From positions 189,846,001 to 189,910,000 of the forward strand of contig NC_086097.1 of NCBI RefSeq assembly GCF_963921235.1: a DNA stretch of 64,000 nt, read 5' to 3'. Below are positions 14,215 through 26,088 of the stretch, piece by piece. The DNA is from Mobula hypostoma (lineage: Eukaryota). The position numbers and the translations under genes are program-made. The notes beneath the pieces were generated by a model. The model did no database searches. It was not told the DNA's origin and was given only the letters and a program-made list of their open reading frames with translations. How positions within the stretch are numbered: the stretch's first letter is position 1; every line of letters begins with the position of its first letter.

Positions 14215-14820
14215 TAATCAGAATCAGAATCAGAATCAGGTTTATTATCTCTGGCATGTGACGTGAAATTTGTTAACTTTGCAGCAGCAGTTCAATGCAA
14301 TACATAATCTAGTAGACAGAAAAAAAGATAATAATAAAAATGAATTAAATAAAACATAATACTAACAAATAAAGGTAAATCAATTACATACACTGAATAG
14401 ATATTTTAAAAATGTACAAAAATAGAAATACTGTATATTAAAAAAAAAGTGAGATAGTGTCCAAAGCTTCAATGTCCATTTAGGAATCGGATGGCAGAGG
14501 GGAAGAAGTTGTTCCTGAATTGTTCAGTGTGTGCCTTCAGGCTTCTGTACCTCCTACCTGATGGTAACAGTGAGAAAAGGGCATGCCCTGGGTGCTGGAG
14601 GTCCTCAATAATGGATGCTGCCTTTCTGAGACACCACTCCCTAAAGATGTCCTGGTTACTTTGTAGGCTAGTACCCAAGATGGAGCTGACTAGATTTACA
14701 ACCTTCTGCAGCTTCTTTTGGTCCTGTGCAGTAGCCCCTCCATACCAGACAGTGATGCAGCCTGTCAGAATGATCTCCATGGTACAATTATAGAACTTTT
14801 TGAGTGTATTTGTTACCAAG
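14215..14820 (-). mobile_element. Rex1/Babar-type LINE 3' end with (GATTCT)n tail
   Basis: HPGHALFSLLPSGRRYRS..FFPSAIR; AGAATC tandem tail at ~14215-14240. Confidence 0.88.
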
Positions 14821-15084
14821 ATATACCTGTATGTACTAAGTGGATGCAGTGGTCACATAACTTACAAAGGATACAAAATTAGAACTTCTACCCATCCAAA
14901 TAGACATAAGTAGTCAGTATGAAGAAACAAATAAAAAAAAAGCTGTTACACTGGAAGATTGAAAGCACACTGAAGAAAGCACTCTCATCTATTTTAGCTG
15001 GGTTTTCTTTCCCCTTCATTTTCCAAATCCAATTTTCTGAGCTAAGTTTTCAAACAGTAGTAAAGGTGGTTGTGGTGGAACACA

Positions 15085-16032
15085 TGATCCTGGACTTCCC
15101 GTTAGATCATCAGCAGATGGTAAGAGTGGACTCTCTCACCTCTGCCCCTCTGACCCTCAACACGGGTGCCCCTCAGGGCTGTGTACTAAGACCCCTCCTT
15201 TACTCTCTGTATACCCATGACCACCCACACCTCCAATCTGCTAATTAAATTTGTTGATGATACTACACTGATTGGCCTAATCTCAAATAATAGTGAGACA
15301 GCCTACAGAGAAGAAGTCATCACCTTGACACAGTCCTGTCAAGAAAACAACCTCTCCATCAGAGTCGCAAATACAAAGGAGTTGGTTGTGGACCACCAGC
15401 GGAATGGACACCGGCTAACCCCTATTGACATCAATGGATCTAGGGTTGAGAGGGTGAACAACTTTAAGTTCCTCAGCATAAACATCACCGAGAGTCTCAT
15501 GTGGTCTGTAAAACAGTGCCTCTTTAACCTCAGACAGTTGAAGAAGTTTGGTGTGGGTCCCCAAATCCTAAGAACCTTCTATAGGGGCACAATTGAGAGC
15601 ATCCTGACAGGCTGCATCACTGCCTGATATAGGAACTGTACTTCCCTCAATCTCAGGACTCTGCAGAGAGTGGTGCAGACAACCCAGCGCATCTGTAGAT
15701 GTGAACTTCCCACTATTCAGGACATTTACAACGACAGGGGACCCGAGTCACCCCAACCACAAACTGTTCCAGCTGCTACCATCTAGGAAACAGTACCGCA
15801 GCATGAAAGCCAGGACCAACAGGTTCTGGGACAGCTTCTTCCACCAGGCCATCAGACCGATGAATTCATGCTGACACAACTGTATTTCTATGTTATATTG
15901 ACTATCCTGTTGTACATACTATTTATTATCAATTACTTTAAATTATACATTGCACATTTAGACGGAGACGTAACATAAAGGTTTTTACTCCTCACATATA
16001 TGAACGATGTAAGTAATAAAGTCAATTCAATT
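15085..16032 (+). mobile_element. Rex1/Babar-type LINE 3' portion (same family as 9618-11555)
   Basis: TGAPQGCVL, KFVDDTT, ESILTGCITA; ends aataaagtcaattcaatt. Confidence 0.9.
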
Positions 16033-16039
16033 TGGCTCA

Positions 16040-17290
16040 CAATGTTGTGCCAAAGCAATTAAATTAGTAGTCAAGTGTTAACTAAACTCTTCTGCCAACA
16101 AAAAGTCCATATCCTTCCATTTTCCTCATGTGCGTGTGCCTATCTAAATGTTTCTGCCTCTACCACCACCCCAGGCAGTGTATTCCAGGGACCCATGCAT
16201 TGGTTAGCTTACATTCATATTTCATCTTTTCTTTCTTTATGGCGTTTTAGTTACCTACTGTTGTTTTTTAAAAGCTTCCCGATCCTGGAACCTCCCACTA
16301 ATTTTTGCAATATTTTATGCCTTCTCTTTTGTTTTTATGCTATCTTTGACTTCCCTTGTTAGCCACAGTTGCTTCATGTTCTGTTTAGAATGCAGGTGTA
16401 TGGAACTGAATTGGATCCAGGATCAGCAGAGTCGATGGGCTGAATGGCCTAATTCTGACTCTATGTCTTATGGTCTTATGGTTTATCTTTGGGACCTACT
16501 ATGCTGCACCTACTGAATTGACCCCAGAAACTCCAGCCATTGCTGCTCTGCTGTCATCACTGCTCGTGACTCTTCAAATCAACTTTGGACCGCTCCTCTC
16601 TCATGCCTCTGTAATTCCCTTTATTCCACTATAATGCTGATACATCTGATTTTAGCTTCACCCTCGCAACCTGCAGGGTGAATTCTGTTGTATTATGATC
16701 ACTGCCTGCGAAGGTTTCTTTTACTTTAAGCTCCTGAACCAAATCTGTTTAAATACCATAAACCCAGTCTGGAATTGTCATCATTCTCTAATCAGTTCAA
16801 CCACAAGCTGCTCTAAAAAACTATCTCATGGGCATTCTACGTATTCTCTCTCAGGATCCAGCACTCAGCTGATTTTTCCAATCTACCTGCATATCGAAAT
16901 TCCCCATGACTATCACAATGTTGTCCTTATTACATGCCTTTTCTATCTCCTGTTGTAATTTGTACCCCAAATCCTACCTACTGTTTGAAGGCCTGTATGT
17001 AACTCCTTGCAGTTTGTTAACTATTCATAAGGATTCTGTATCTCATGATCCTCTGTCACCTCTTTCTAAGGATTTGATACATGTTTAACCAACAGAGCCT
17101 CCCTACACCCTCCGTCTGCTTGCCTGTCTTTTCGATACAATGTGTATCCTTGATTTTAAGCTGCAAACTATAATCTTCTTTCAGTCATGATTCAGTGATG
17201 CACATACCTGCCAATCTCTAACTGCACCACAAATTCATCTACTTTATTTCTTATACTGTGTGCATTCAAATATAATAGCTTCTGTCCTGT
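16040..17290 (-). mobile_element. Degraded CR1 fragments (mostly minus strand; short plus-strand CR1 tail at ~16400-16485)
   Basis: Homology to the reverse complement of the CR1 APE region at 22200-23200; tcttatggtcttatggt tail. Confidence 0.65.
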
Positions 17291-17454
17291 GTTCAGCACC
17301 CTCTCACACTTGTCTTTCATTGATTCTGTTATTATTACTGTATTATGGATTTATTGAGTATGGCTGCAGGAAGATGAATCCATGTTGGCATACATGTACT
17401 TCAATAATAAATTTACTTTGAACTTTTTGATTTTGCTCCCATGTTCCACTGCCA

Positions 17455-19200
17455 CTAATCCCACTGACGTGAAAGAATAGGACCTGTCCAGTATGACAGT
17501 GGGGAAGTGTGTATGGAACCAGAGGAAATAGCAGAAGTACTTAATGAATACTTTACTTCAGTATTCACTATGGAAAAGGATCTTGGTGATTGTAGTGATG
17601 ACTTACAGGGGACTGAAAAGCTTGAACATGTAGATATTAAGAAAGAGGATGTGCTGGAGCTTTTGGAAAGCATCAAGTTGGATAAGTCACTGGGACCGGA
17701 TAGGATGTACCCCAGGCTACTGTGGGAGGCGAGGGAGGAGATTGCTGAGCCTCTGGCAATGATCTTTGAATCATCAATGAGGACGGGAGAGGTTCCGGAG
17801 GATTGGAGGGTTGCGGATGTTGTTCCTTTATTCAAGAAAGGGAGTAGAGATAGCCCAGGAAATTATAGACCAGTGAGTCTTACTTCAGTGGTTGGTAAGT
17901 TGATGGAGAAGAACCTGAGAGGCAGGATATATGAATATTTGGAGAGGTATAATATGATTAGGAATAGTCAGCATGGCTTTGTCAAGGGCAGGTCTTGCCT
18001 TATGAGCCTGATTGAATTTTTTGAGGATGTGACTAAACACATTGATGAAGGAGGAGCAGTAGATGAAGTGTATATGGACTTCAGCAAGGCTTTTGATAAG
18101 GTACCCCATGCTAGGCTTCTTGAGAAAGTAAGGAGGTATGGGATCTGAGGAGACATTGCTTTGTGGATCCAGAACTGCCCACAGAAGGCAAAGAGTAGTT
18201 GTAGATGGGTCATATTCTGCATGGAGGTCAGTCACCAGTGGAGTGCCATGGGGATCTGTTCTGGGACCCTTACTCTTCGTGATTTTTATAAGTGACCTGG
18301 ATGAGGAAGTGGAGGGTTGGGTTAGTAAGTTTGCTGATGACACGAAGGTTGGAGGTGTTTGGGTAGTGTGGAGGGCTGTCAGAGGTTACAGCAGGACATT
18401 ATAGGATGCAAAACTGGGCTGAGAAGTGGCACATGGAGTTCAACCCAGGTAAGTGTGAAGTGGTCCATTTTGGTGGGTCAAATATGATGTCAGAATATAG
18501 TATTAATGGTAAGACTTTTGGCAGTAGGACGCTCAAAACAGTGGTGCAGGTTGACTCTGTGGTTAAGAAGGCGTACGGTGTATTGATCTTCAACAATTGT
18601 GGAATTGAATTTAGGAACCGAGAGGTAATGTTGCAGCTATATAGGACCCTGGTCAGACCACACTTGGAGTACTGTGCTCAGTTCTGGTCGCCTCACTACA
18701 GGAAGGATGTGGAAGCCATAGAAAGGGTGCAGAGGAGATTTACAAGGATGTTGCCTGGATTGGGGAGCATGTCTTATGAGAATAGGTTGAGTGAACTCAG
18801 CCTTTTTTACTTGGAGCGACGGAGGATGAGAGGTGACCTGATAGAGGTGTATAAGATGATGAGAGGCATTGATGGTGTGGATAGTCAGAGGCTTTATCCC
18901 AGGGCTGAAATGGTTGCCACAAGAGGACACAGGTTTAAGGTGCTGGGGAGTAGGTACAGAGGAGATGTCAAGGCTAAGTTTTTTACTCAGAGAGTGGTGA
19001 GTGCATGGAATGGGCTGCTGGCAACGGTGATGGAGGCTGATACGATAGGGTCTTCTAAGAGACTTTTGGATAGATACATGCAGCTTAGAAAAATAGAGGG
19101 CTATGGGTAAGCCTAGTAATTTCTATGGTAGGGACATGTTCGGTACAACTTTGTTGGCCGAATGGCCTGTATTGTGCTGTAGCTTTTCTATGTTTCTATG
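17455..19200 (+). mobile_element. CR1 LINE ORF2 RT region, 5'-truncated
   Basis: GPDRMYPRLL, NYRPVSLTS, YMDFSKAFDKVPH, KFADDTK, LVRPHLEYC; (TTTCTATG)n tail; stop at 18146 plus frameshifts. Confidence 0.95.
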
Positions 19201-19950
19201 ATTGCATTTTTCCCAATCATCTGCCTGCCCTTCCTCACAGTATTACTGCACACTGCATCTACTTGTATACCAACTGACCCATCTTCTCCCCTTTCAACCC
19301 GGTTTCCATCCTCTTTCCAAATTAGTTCAAACCCTTCCCAACAACTCTAGCAAACCCGTCTACAAGGATATTGGTCCCTCTTGGTCTTATGGTCTTATAA
19401 TGAGAATGAGAAACTTAATGAATTTGGTGTCAGTAAAAATAAGCAACTGGGAAGCTATTGAGACTGACATCCGGTAAACCCCAGGGATGCAATGATCCAA
19501 GGTGGCACAGTGGAATTACAGATGTCTCAAAGTTTCAGCATTTGGGTTTATTCCTGACTTCCAGCAGAGAAGTGCAATTTGCACTTGGTTGCTATAACTG
19601 TATGGATTTTCCTGTTGTGCACCTATTTCATTCCACAGCCCAAAATACTGAATGTTTTCATAGATGCTGCCTGACCTGCTGAGTTCTTCCAGCACTGTGT
19701 GTACATTCTAATTGTTAACTTAATTGCCCTTGGTAAAATACCTCAGCTGATATTGTTGAATAGAAAAATGAGGGAGCTATTAATGGACATGTATCATATG
19801 ATATATTTCAAGGGAAAACAAAGGAAATGCAATTGATGTAATAACTGGCATAGAATCTATGGGCCAAAGTAGGTACAGAGGAGATGTACCTCTTTCTAAA
19901 ATGTAAGTAAACATAAAAACAGGAAAGAAAATGGGCCTGATATAAATGGG

Positions 19951-20913
19951 ATGTCCAGTGTTACCCTATTGTACTCCTTCCATGGAAATTAATATTAATG
20001 TGTGCCTGAAATTATTTGCCAATTTAAAAAGGAATATGAAATCTGCATCCCAAAGTTAGAAGTGATATGGCCAAAGTGATAACTGTTACATTGGCCATCA
20101 TATTTAATCATTCAACACACTGCAGAATAATTCCTGCAGATTGAGGGAAGCAAATATGAACCCACTATTTAAGAATGAGGGAAGAGAGAAGATGGGAAAC
20201 TACTTGTCCATTAAGAAAACATCAGGAATAGGGGAAATGCTGGAATCTAAAATGCAAGATGTAATAACAGAACTATTAGCAAAAAATAATAGGATTCTCC
20301 TGTGTCTAAATGGATTTATAAAAGAGAACCATCTTTGACTAATCTTTTACAATTATTTGAGGATGTGACTAGTGGAATAGGTGGGAGAGGGAATCAATGA
20401 ATATGGTATATTTATATTTTCAGTAAGATATTCTGCACCTAATTTGGTCAATAAAATTAATTACATGGAATTGGGGGATAATATTTTGACATGAGCTGAG
20501 GAATGGTTAACAGACAGAGACCACGATAGGAATAAACAAGTCTTTTTCAGGTTGACTGACTGTAATTGGTCGTGTACAGCAGTGATCGGTGGTAAGTCCC
20601 AGCTATCCACATTAATAGGTTGGCTGAGTTGGCCATATGTCATGTTTCAAAGTTTATTAATGATACGAAAACTAGCTGTGAGTGTGAGTAGAGATTATGC
20701 GTAGAGAGGAAGATATAAAGAGGCTTCAAGGAGTTATTATCAAGCTAAATGAATGGGTACAAAGTTATCAGATGGAATATAATTGGAAAATGTGAGATCA
20801 TCCACGTACTTGAAAGAGGGAAGCAGAGCAATTTTTAAAAATAGGCAGATAATTTCAGGTGAACATTAATATTAATTTCCATGGAAGGAGTACAATGAGG
20901 TAACACTAGACAT
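19951..20913. repeat. ~80-bp inverted repeat pair (19951-20030 and 20832-20913) enclosing an old plus-strand CR1 fragment
   Basis: 34-bp perfect core 19968-20001 matches the reverse complement of 20863-20896; the interior has CR1-like NMNPLFKNEGREKMGNY. Confidence 0.85.
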
Positions 20914-21504
20914 TTTTGTGACATGATGGATTTACTGTATGAAGTAAAATTTAGCAGTGCTGGCCTGTATTCACTAATATTTAGAAGAATGGGAGACGAT
21001 ACAAGGTGGATCCATGGAGGATGTTTCCTCCACCAGAAGATTTTAATCCTCATGCAATATCTTCCGGTTTAAGATAGCACTGGTGAAACCCAGTGACTAC
21101 CTACTGGTGGCAAACAAAACAAAGAATACAACTAAATACTTTATTAATAACACTTCTTTCTTGTAGTATTTATGGTAAGTGATCACCGCAAACAATGGAG
21201 AGGTGAGTGAAGATGAGGCTGAGTCAAGAGTCAAAACATACATGTGCAAGGTGAAGCTGAGATGAGGATGAGTGTAGCAGAGTAAAGTCGGAGCAAAAGA
21301 GAGGCATTTTTGAGGCCCGTCCACCTAAACTAAGAGCGAAGTTTGATTGAGCTAAGCGCCAGGCTGATTTGGAAAGGTCGATAAGGGCTGAAATGTGGCA
21401 ACAGGTTTCAGGCCCAGAGCCTATCGATGCGACAGGGCCCAGGTCCTAATGCGAAGAATGACCCAATGTTTGGATGATTTAAACACCGGACCAGGATGGA
21501 TTAA

Positions 21505-22071
21505 ATGGTCTCTGGCACTGAGCCTGGCGCTGTTGTGCAGGAGGGAAGGAGGGAGAAGAGGAATGCAGTAGTCATAGGGGATTCCATAGTCAGGGGAACA
21601 GACAGAAGATTCCGTGAGCCTGATAGAGATGCCCACATGGTGTGTTGCCTCCCAGGTGCCAGGGTACGGGTTGTCTCGGATTGGGTCCAGAATATCCTGA
21701 AGGGAGAGGGCGAGCAGCCAGCTGTCTTGGTACATGTTGGTACCAATGACATAGATAGGAAAAGGGAGGAGGTCCTGAACAGAGATTTCCAGGAGTTAGG
21801 AAGGAAGCTGAGAAGCAGGACCTCCAGGGTAGTAATCTCGGGATTGCTACCTGTGCCACGTGCTAGAGAGGGCAAGACTAGTAGCATCAGACAGATGAAT
21901 GCCAGGCTGAGAGTCTGGTGCTGGGAGCAGGGCTTCAGATTCTTGGATCATTGGGATCTCTTCTGGGGGAAGTATGACCTGTTCAAAAAGGACAGGTTAC
22001 ACCTGAACCCGAAGGGGACCAATATCCTGGCGGGAAGGTTTAATAGAGCTGTTAGGGAGGGTTTAAACTAA
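21505..22071 (+). CDS. CR1 ORF1 C-terminal SGNH/GDSL esterase-like domain (probably 5'-truncated)
   Basis: VIGDSIVRG, HVGTND, DRLHLN motifs. Confidence 0.88.
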   Translation: MVSGTEPGAVVQEGRREKRNAVVIGDSIVRGTDRRFREPDRDAHMVCCLPGARVRVVSDWVQNILKGEGEQPAVLVHVGTNDIDRKREEVLNRDFQELGRKLRSRTSRVVISGLLPVPRAREGKTSSIRQMNARLRVWCWEQGFRFLDHWDLFWGKYDLFKKDRLHLNPKGTNILAGRFNRAVREGLN

Positions 22072-22176
22072 TTTGGCAGGGGGATGACAGAAATAAATCT
22101 AAGATAGTGAGCAGTAAAGATGTCAGGAAAGACAGGCAGGTGATGGGGCAAATTTGAGCAATTGGGATGAGTTGCA

Positions 22177-24991
22177 GTGCAATCAAAGCAAAAAGTACTA
22201 AATACTGGACCTAAGGTGTTATACTTAAATTCACGCAGCATAAGGAATAACGAGGATGACCTTGTTGTACAGCTACAGATTGGCAGGTATGATATTGTGG
22301 CCATCACTGAGACGTGGCTAAAGGATGCATGTCTCTGGGAGCTGAACGTCCAAGGATACACAGTGTATCAGAAGGATAGGAAGGTAGGCAGAGGGGGAGG
22401 CGTGGTTTTATTGGTAAGAGAATATATTAAATCATTAGTAAGAGGTGACATAGGATTGGAAGGTGCAGAATCTTTATGGGTTGAGCTAAGAAATCGCAGG
22501 GGTAAAAGGACCCTGATGGCAGTTATTTATAGGCCTACAAAGAGCTGCAGTGATGTGGACTACAAATTACAACAGGAAATAGAAAAGGCTTGTCAGAAGC
22601 GCAGTGTTATGATAATTGTGGGGGATTTTAACATGCGAGTGTATTGGGAAAATCAGGTCGGCACTGGATCTCAAGAGAGGGAATTTGTAGAATGTCTGTG
22701 AGATGGCTTTTTAGAACAGCCTGTTGTTGAGCCCGCTAGGGGATTGACTGTACTGGATTAGGTATTGTAAAATGAACCAAAGGTGATTAGAGAGATTGAG
22801 GTGAATGAACCCTTTGGAGGCAGTGATCATAATATAATTGAGTTCACTGTGAAATTTGAGAAACCGAAGCCGAAATCCAATGTGTTGGTATTTCACTGGA
22901 GTAAAGGAAATTACGGTGGCACAAGAGAGGAACTGGCCAAAGTTGACTGGAAAGGGACACTTGCGGCAAGGACAGCAGAGCAGCAGTGGCTGGAGTTTAT
23001 GCGAGAAGTGAGGAAGGTGCAAGACAGGTATATTCCAAAAAAGAAGAAATTTTCCAAAGGGAAAAGGATGCAACTGTGGCTGACAAGAGAAGTCAAAGCC
23101 AAAGTTAAAGCAAAGGAGAGGGCATACAAGGAAGCAAAACTTAGAGGGAAGACAGAGGATTGGGAAGGTTTTATAAGGTTACAAAAGGAAACTAAGAAGG
23201 TCATTAAGAGGGATAAGATGAACTACGAAAGGAAGCTAGCAAATAATATCAAAGAGGATACTAAAAGCTTTTTCAAGTATATAAAGAGTAAAAGACAGGT
23301 GAGAGTAGATATGGGACCGATAGAAAATGATGCTGGAGATATTGTAATGGGAGATAAGGAGATGGCAGAGGAACAGAATGAGTATTTTGCATCAGTCTTC
23401 ACTGAGGAAGACATCAGCAGTATACCGGACACTGAAGGGTGTCAGGGAAGAGAAGCGTGCGCAGTCACAATTACGACAGAGAAAATACTCAGGAAGCTGA
23501 ATAGTCTAAGGGTAGATAAATCTCCCGGACCAGATGGAATGCACCCGTGTGTTCTGAAGGAAGTAGCTGTGGAGATTGCAGAGGCATTAGTGATGACCTT
23601 TCAAAAGTCAATAGATTCTGGCATGGTTCCAGAGGACTGGAAGATTGCAAATGTCACTCCGCTATTTAAGAAGGGGGCAAGGAAGCAAAAAGGAAATTAT
23701 AGACCTGTTAGCTTGACATTGGTGGTTGGGAAGTTGTTGGATTCGATCGACAAGGATGAGGTTACGGAGTACCTGGAGGCATATGACAAGATAGGCAGAA
23801 CTTAGCATGGATTCCTTAAAGGAAAATCCTGCCTGACAAACCTATTGCAATTTTTTGAGGAAATTACAAGTAGGCTAGACAAGGGAGATGCAGTGGATGT
23901 TGTATATTTGGATTTTCAGAAGGCCTTTGACAAGGTGCCGCACATGAGGCTGATAAACAAGATAAGAGCCCATGGAATTACGGGAAAGTTACATACGTGG
24001 ATAGAGTGTTGGCTGATTGGCAGGAAACAGAGAGTGGGAAGAAATGGATACCATTCTGGTTGGCTGCCGGTTACTAGTGGTGTTCCACAGGGGTCCATGC
24101 CGGGGCTGCTTCATTTTACATCGTACATCAACGATTTGGATTATGGAATTGATGGCGTTTTGGCTAAGTTTGCTGATGATACAAAGATAGGTGGAGGGGC
24201 CGGTAGTGCTGAGGAAACAGAGAGTCTGCAGAGAGCCTTGGATAGATTGGGAAAATGGGCAAAGAAGTGGCAAATGAAATACAATGTTATGCACTTCGGT
24301 AGAAGAAATAAGCCGGTAGACTCTTATTTAAATGGGGAGAGAATTCAAAGTTCTGAAGTGCAGCAAGACTTGGGAGTCCTCATGTAGGATACCTTTAAGG
24401 TTAACCTCCAGGTTGAGTCAGTGGTGAAGAAGGCGAATGCAATGTTGGCATTCATTTCTAGAGGAATGGAGTATAGGAGCAGGAATGTGATGTTGAGGTT
24501 CTATAAGGCACTGGTAAGACCTCACTTGGAGTACTGTGCGTAATTTTGGGCTCCTTATTTAAGAAAGTATGTGCTGACATTGGAGAGGTTTCAGAGAAGA
24601 TTCACTGGAATGATTCCGGGAATGAGAGGGTTAACATATGAGGAACGTTTGACCACTCTGGACTGTACTCCTTGGAGTTTAGAAGAATGGGGGGGCCCTC
24701 ACAGAAACATTTGGAATGTTGAAAGGCATGGACAGAGTGGATGTGGCAAAGTTGTTTCCCATGGTGGGGGAGTCTAGTACGAGAGGGCATGACTTAAGGA
24801 TTGAAGGGCGCCCATTCAGAACAGAGATACAAAGAAATTTTTTTAGCCAGAGGGTAGTGAATCTGTGGAATTTGTTGCTACGGGTGGCAGTGGAGGTCAA
24901 GTCATTGGGTGTATTTAAGGTAGAGATTGATAGGTATCTGAGTAGCCAGGGCATCAAAGGTTATGTTGACAAGGCGGGGGAGTGGGACTAA
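22177..24991 (+). pseudogene. CR1 ORF2 (APE endonuclease + RT) with in-frame stops
   Basis: [50 protein letters not shown]. Confidence 0.93.
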
Positions 24992-25128
24992 ATGTGAGAA
25001 TGGATCAGCTCATGATAAAATGGCAGAGCAAACTCCATGGGCCGAATGGCCGACTTCTACTCCTTTGTCTTATGGTCTAAAAGGTTGGATTTTGGGGCCG
25101 GTTCTGCTCACTGCTTCACGAATTTGAC

Positions 25129-25277
25129 TTGGCTCTGTGCTGAACTGATGTTGAGGCTGAGGCCGTGGCCTGCTTCGGGTTCTGTGTCTGAGGGCTCTGC
25201 GATGATTATTTGGCTCTGCACTGAACTGAGGCTAAGATTGAGCTTGTGGTCTGCTTTGGACTTTGTTTCTGAGGGCT
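25129..25277 (+). repeat. Two diverged ~68-bp direct repeats (period 81 bp)
   Basis: ttggctctg..ctgaactga..tctgagggct at 25129-25196 and 25210-25277. Confidence 0.75.
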
Positions 25278-25629
25278 AATTTTAGCAAACGTTTAGCATC
25301 TGCCCTAAGGTATGTTACCCAGAACTGTACACAATACTCTCGTTATCTGAACCAGTGCTTTATAAAGGCTCACCATGACTCCCTCACTTTTATACTGAAG
25401 GCCTCACAAAACAATTCAGGATTTTTAATCCACTTTCTCAAACATACCCTCCTACTTTTAGTGACTGTTTACATATATTCCCAATGATTGTTCTTGTAAA
25501 CATTTTAGAGTATCACTTTCTAGATCATATTACCTTTCCTTTCCTACAAATTGTAATATTCCTCAACCAACACACATCAAAGTTGCTGGTGAACGCAGCA
25601 GGCCAGGCAGCATCTATAGGAAGAGGCGC

Positions 25630-25665
25630 AGTCGACGTTTCAGGCCGAGACCCTTCGTCAGAACT
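25630..25665 (-). ncRNA. Minimal type I hammerhead ribozyme motif, core intact
   Basis: Minus strand reads AGUU-CUGACGA-AGGGUCUCGGCCU-GAAA-CGUC-GACU: stem I AGUU/GACU, stem II, palindromic ACGU stem III, GUC site. Confidence 0.85.
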
Positions 25666-26088
25666 AACTGAAGGAAGAGTGAGTAAGGGATTTGAAAGCT
25701 GGAGGGGGAGGGGGAGATGCAAAATGATAGGAGAAGACAGGAGGGGGAGGGATAGAGCCGAGAGCTGGACAGGTGATAGGCAAAAGGGGATACGAGAGGA
25801 TCATCGGACAGGAGGTCCGGGAAGAAAGACGGGGGGGGGGGGGTGACCCAGAGGATGTGCAAGAGGTATATTCAGAGGGACAGAGGGAGAAAAAGGAGAG
25901 TGAGAGAAAGAATGTGTGCATAAAAATGAGTAACAGCTGGGGTACGAGGGGGAGGTGGGGCCTAGCGGAAGTTAGAGAAGTCAATGTTCATGCCATCAGG
26001 TTGGAGGCTACCCAGACGGAATATAAGGTGTTGTTCCTCCAACCTGAGTGTGGCTTCATCTTTACAGTAGAGGAGACCGTGGATAGAC

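Larger units (their letters stand above)
21503..25080 (+). mobile_element. Near full-length CR1 LINE
   Basis: ORF1 esterase plus ORF2 APE/RT with scattered stops; 3' tail tcttatggtct. Confidence 0.95.

Noticed and set aside
9618..16032. Large inverted repeat or composite transposon formed by 9618-10600 and 15085-16032
   Set aside because: Better explained as two independent, oppositely oriented copies of one Rex1-type family with different truncations; no TSD seen.
25129..25277. CRISPR-like repeat array
   Set aside because: Only two diverged units in a eukaryotic repeat context, with no cas genes.
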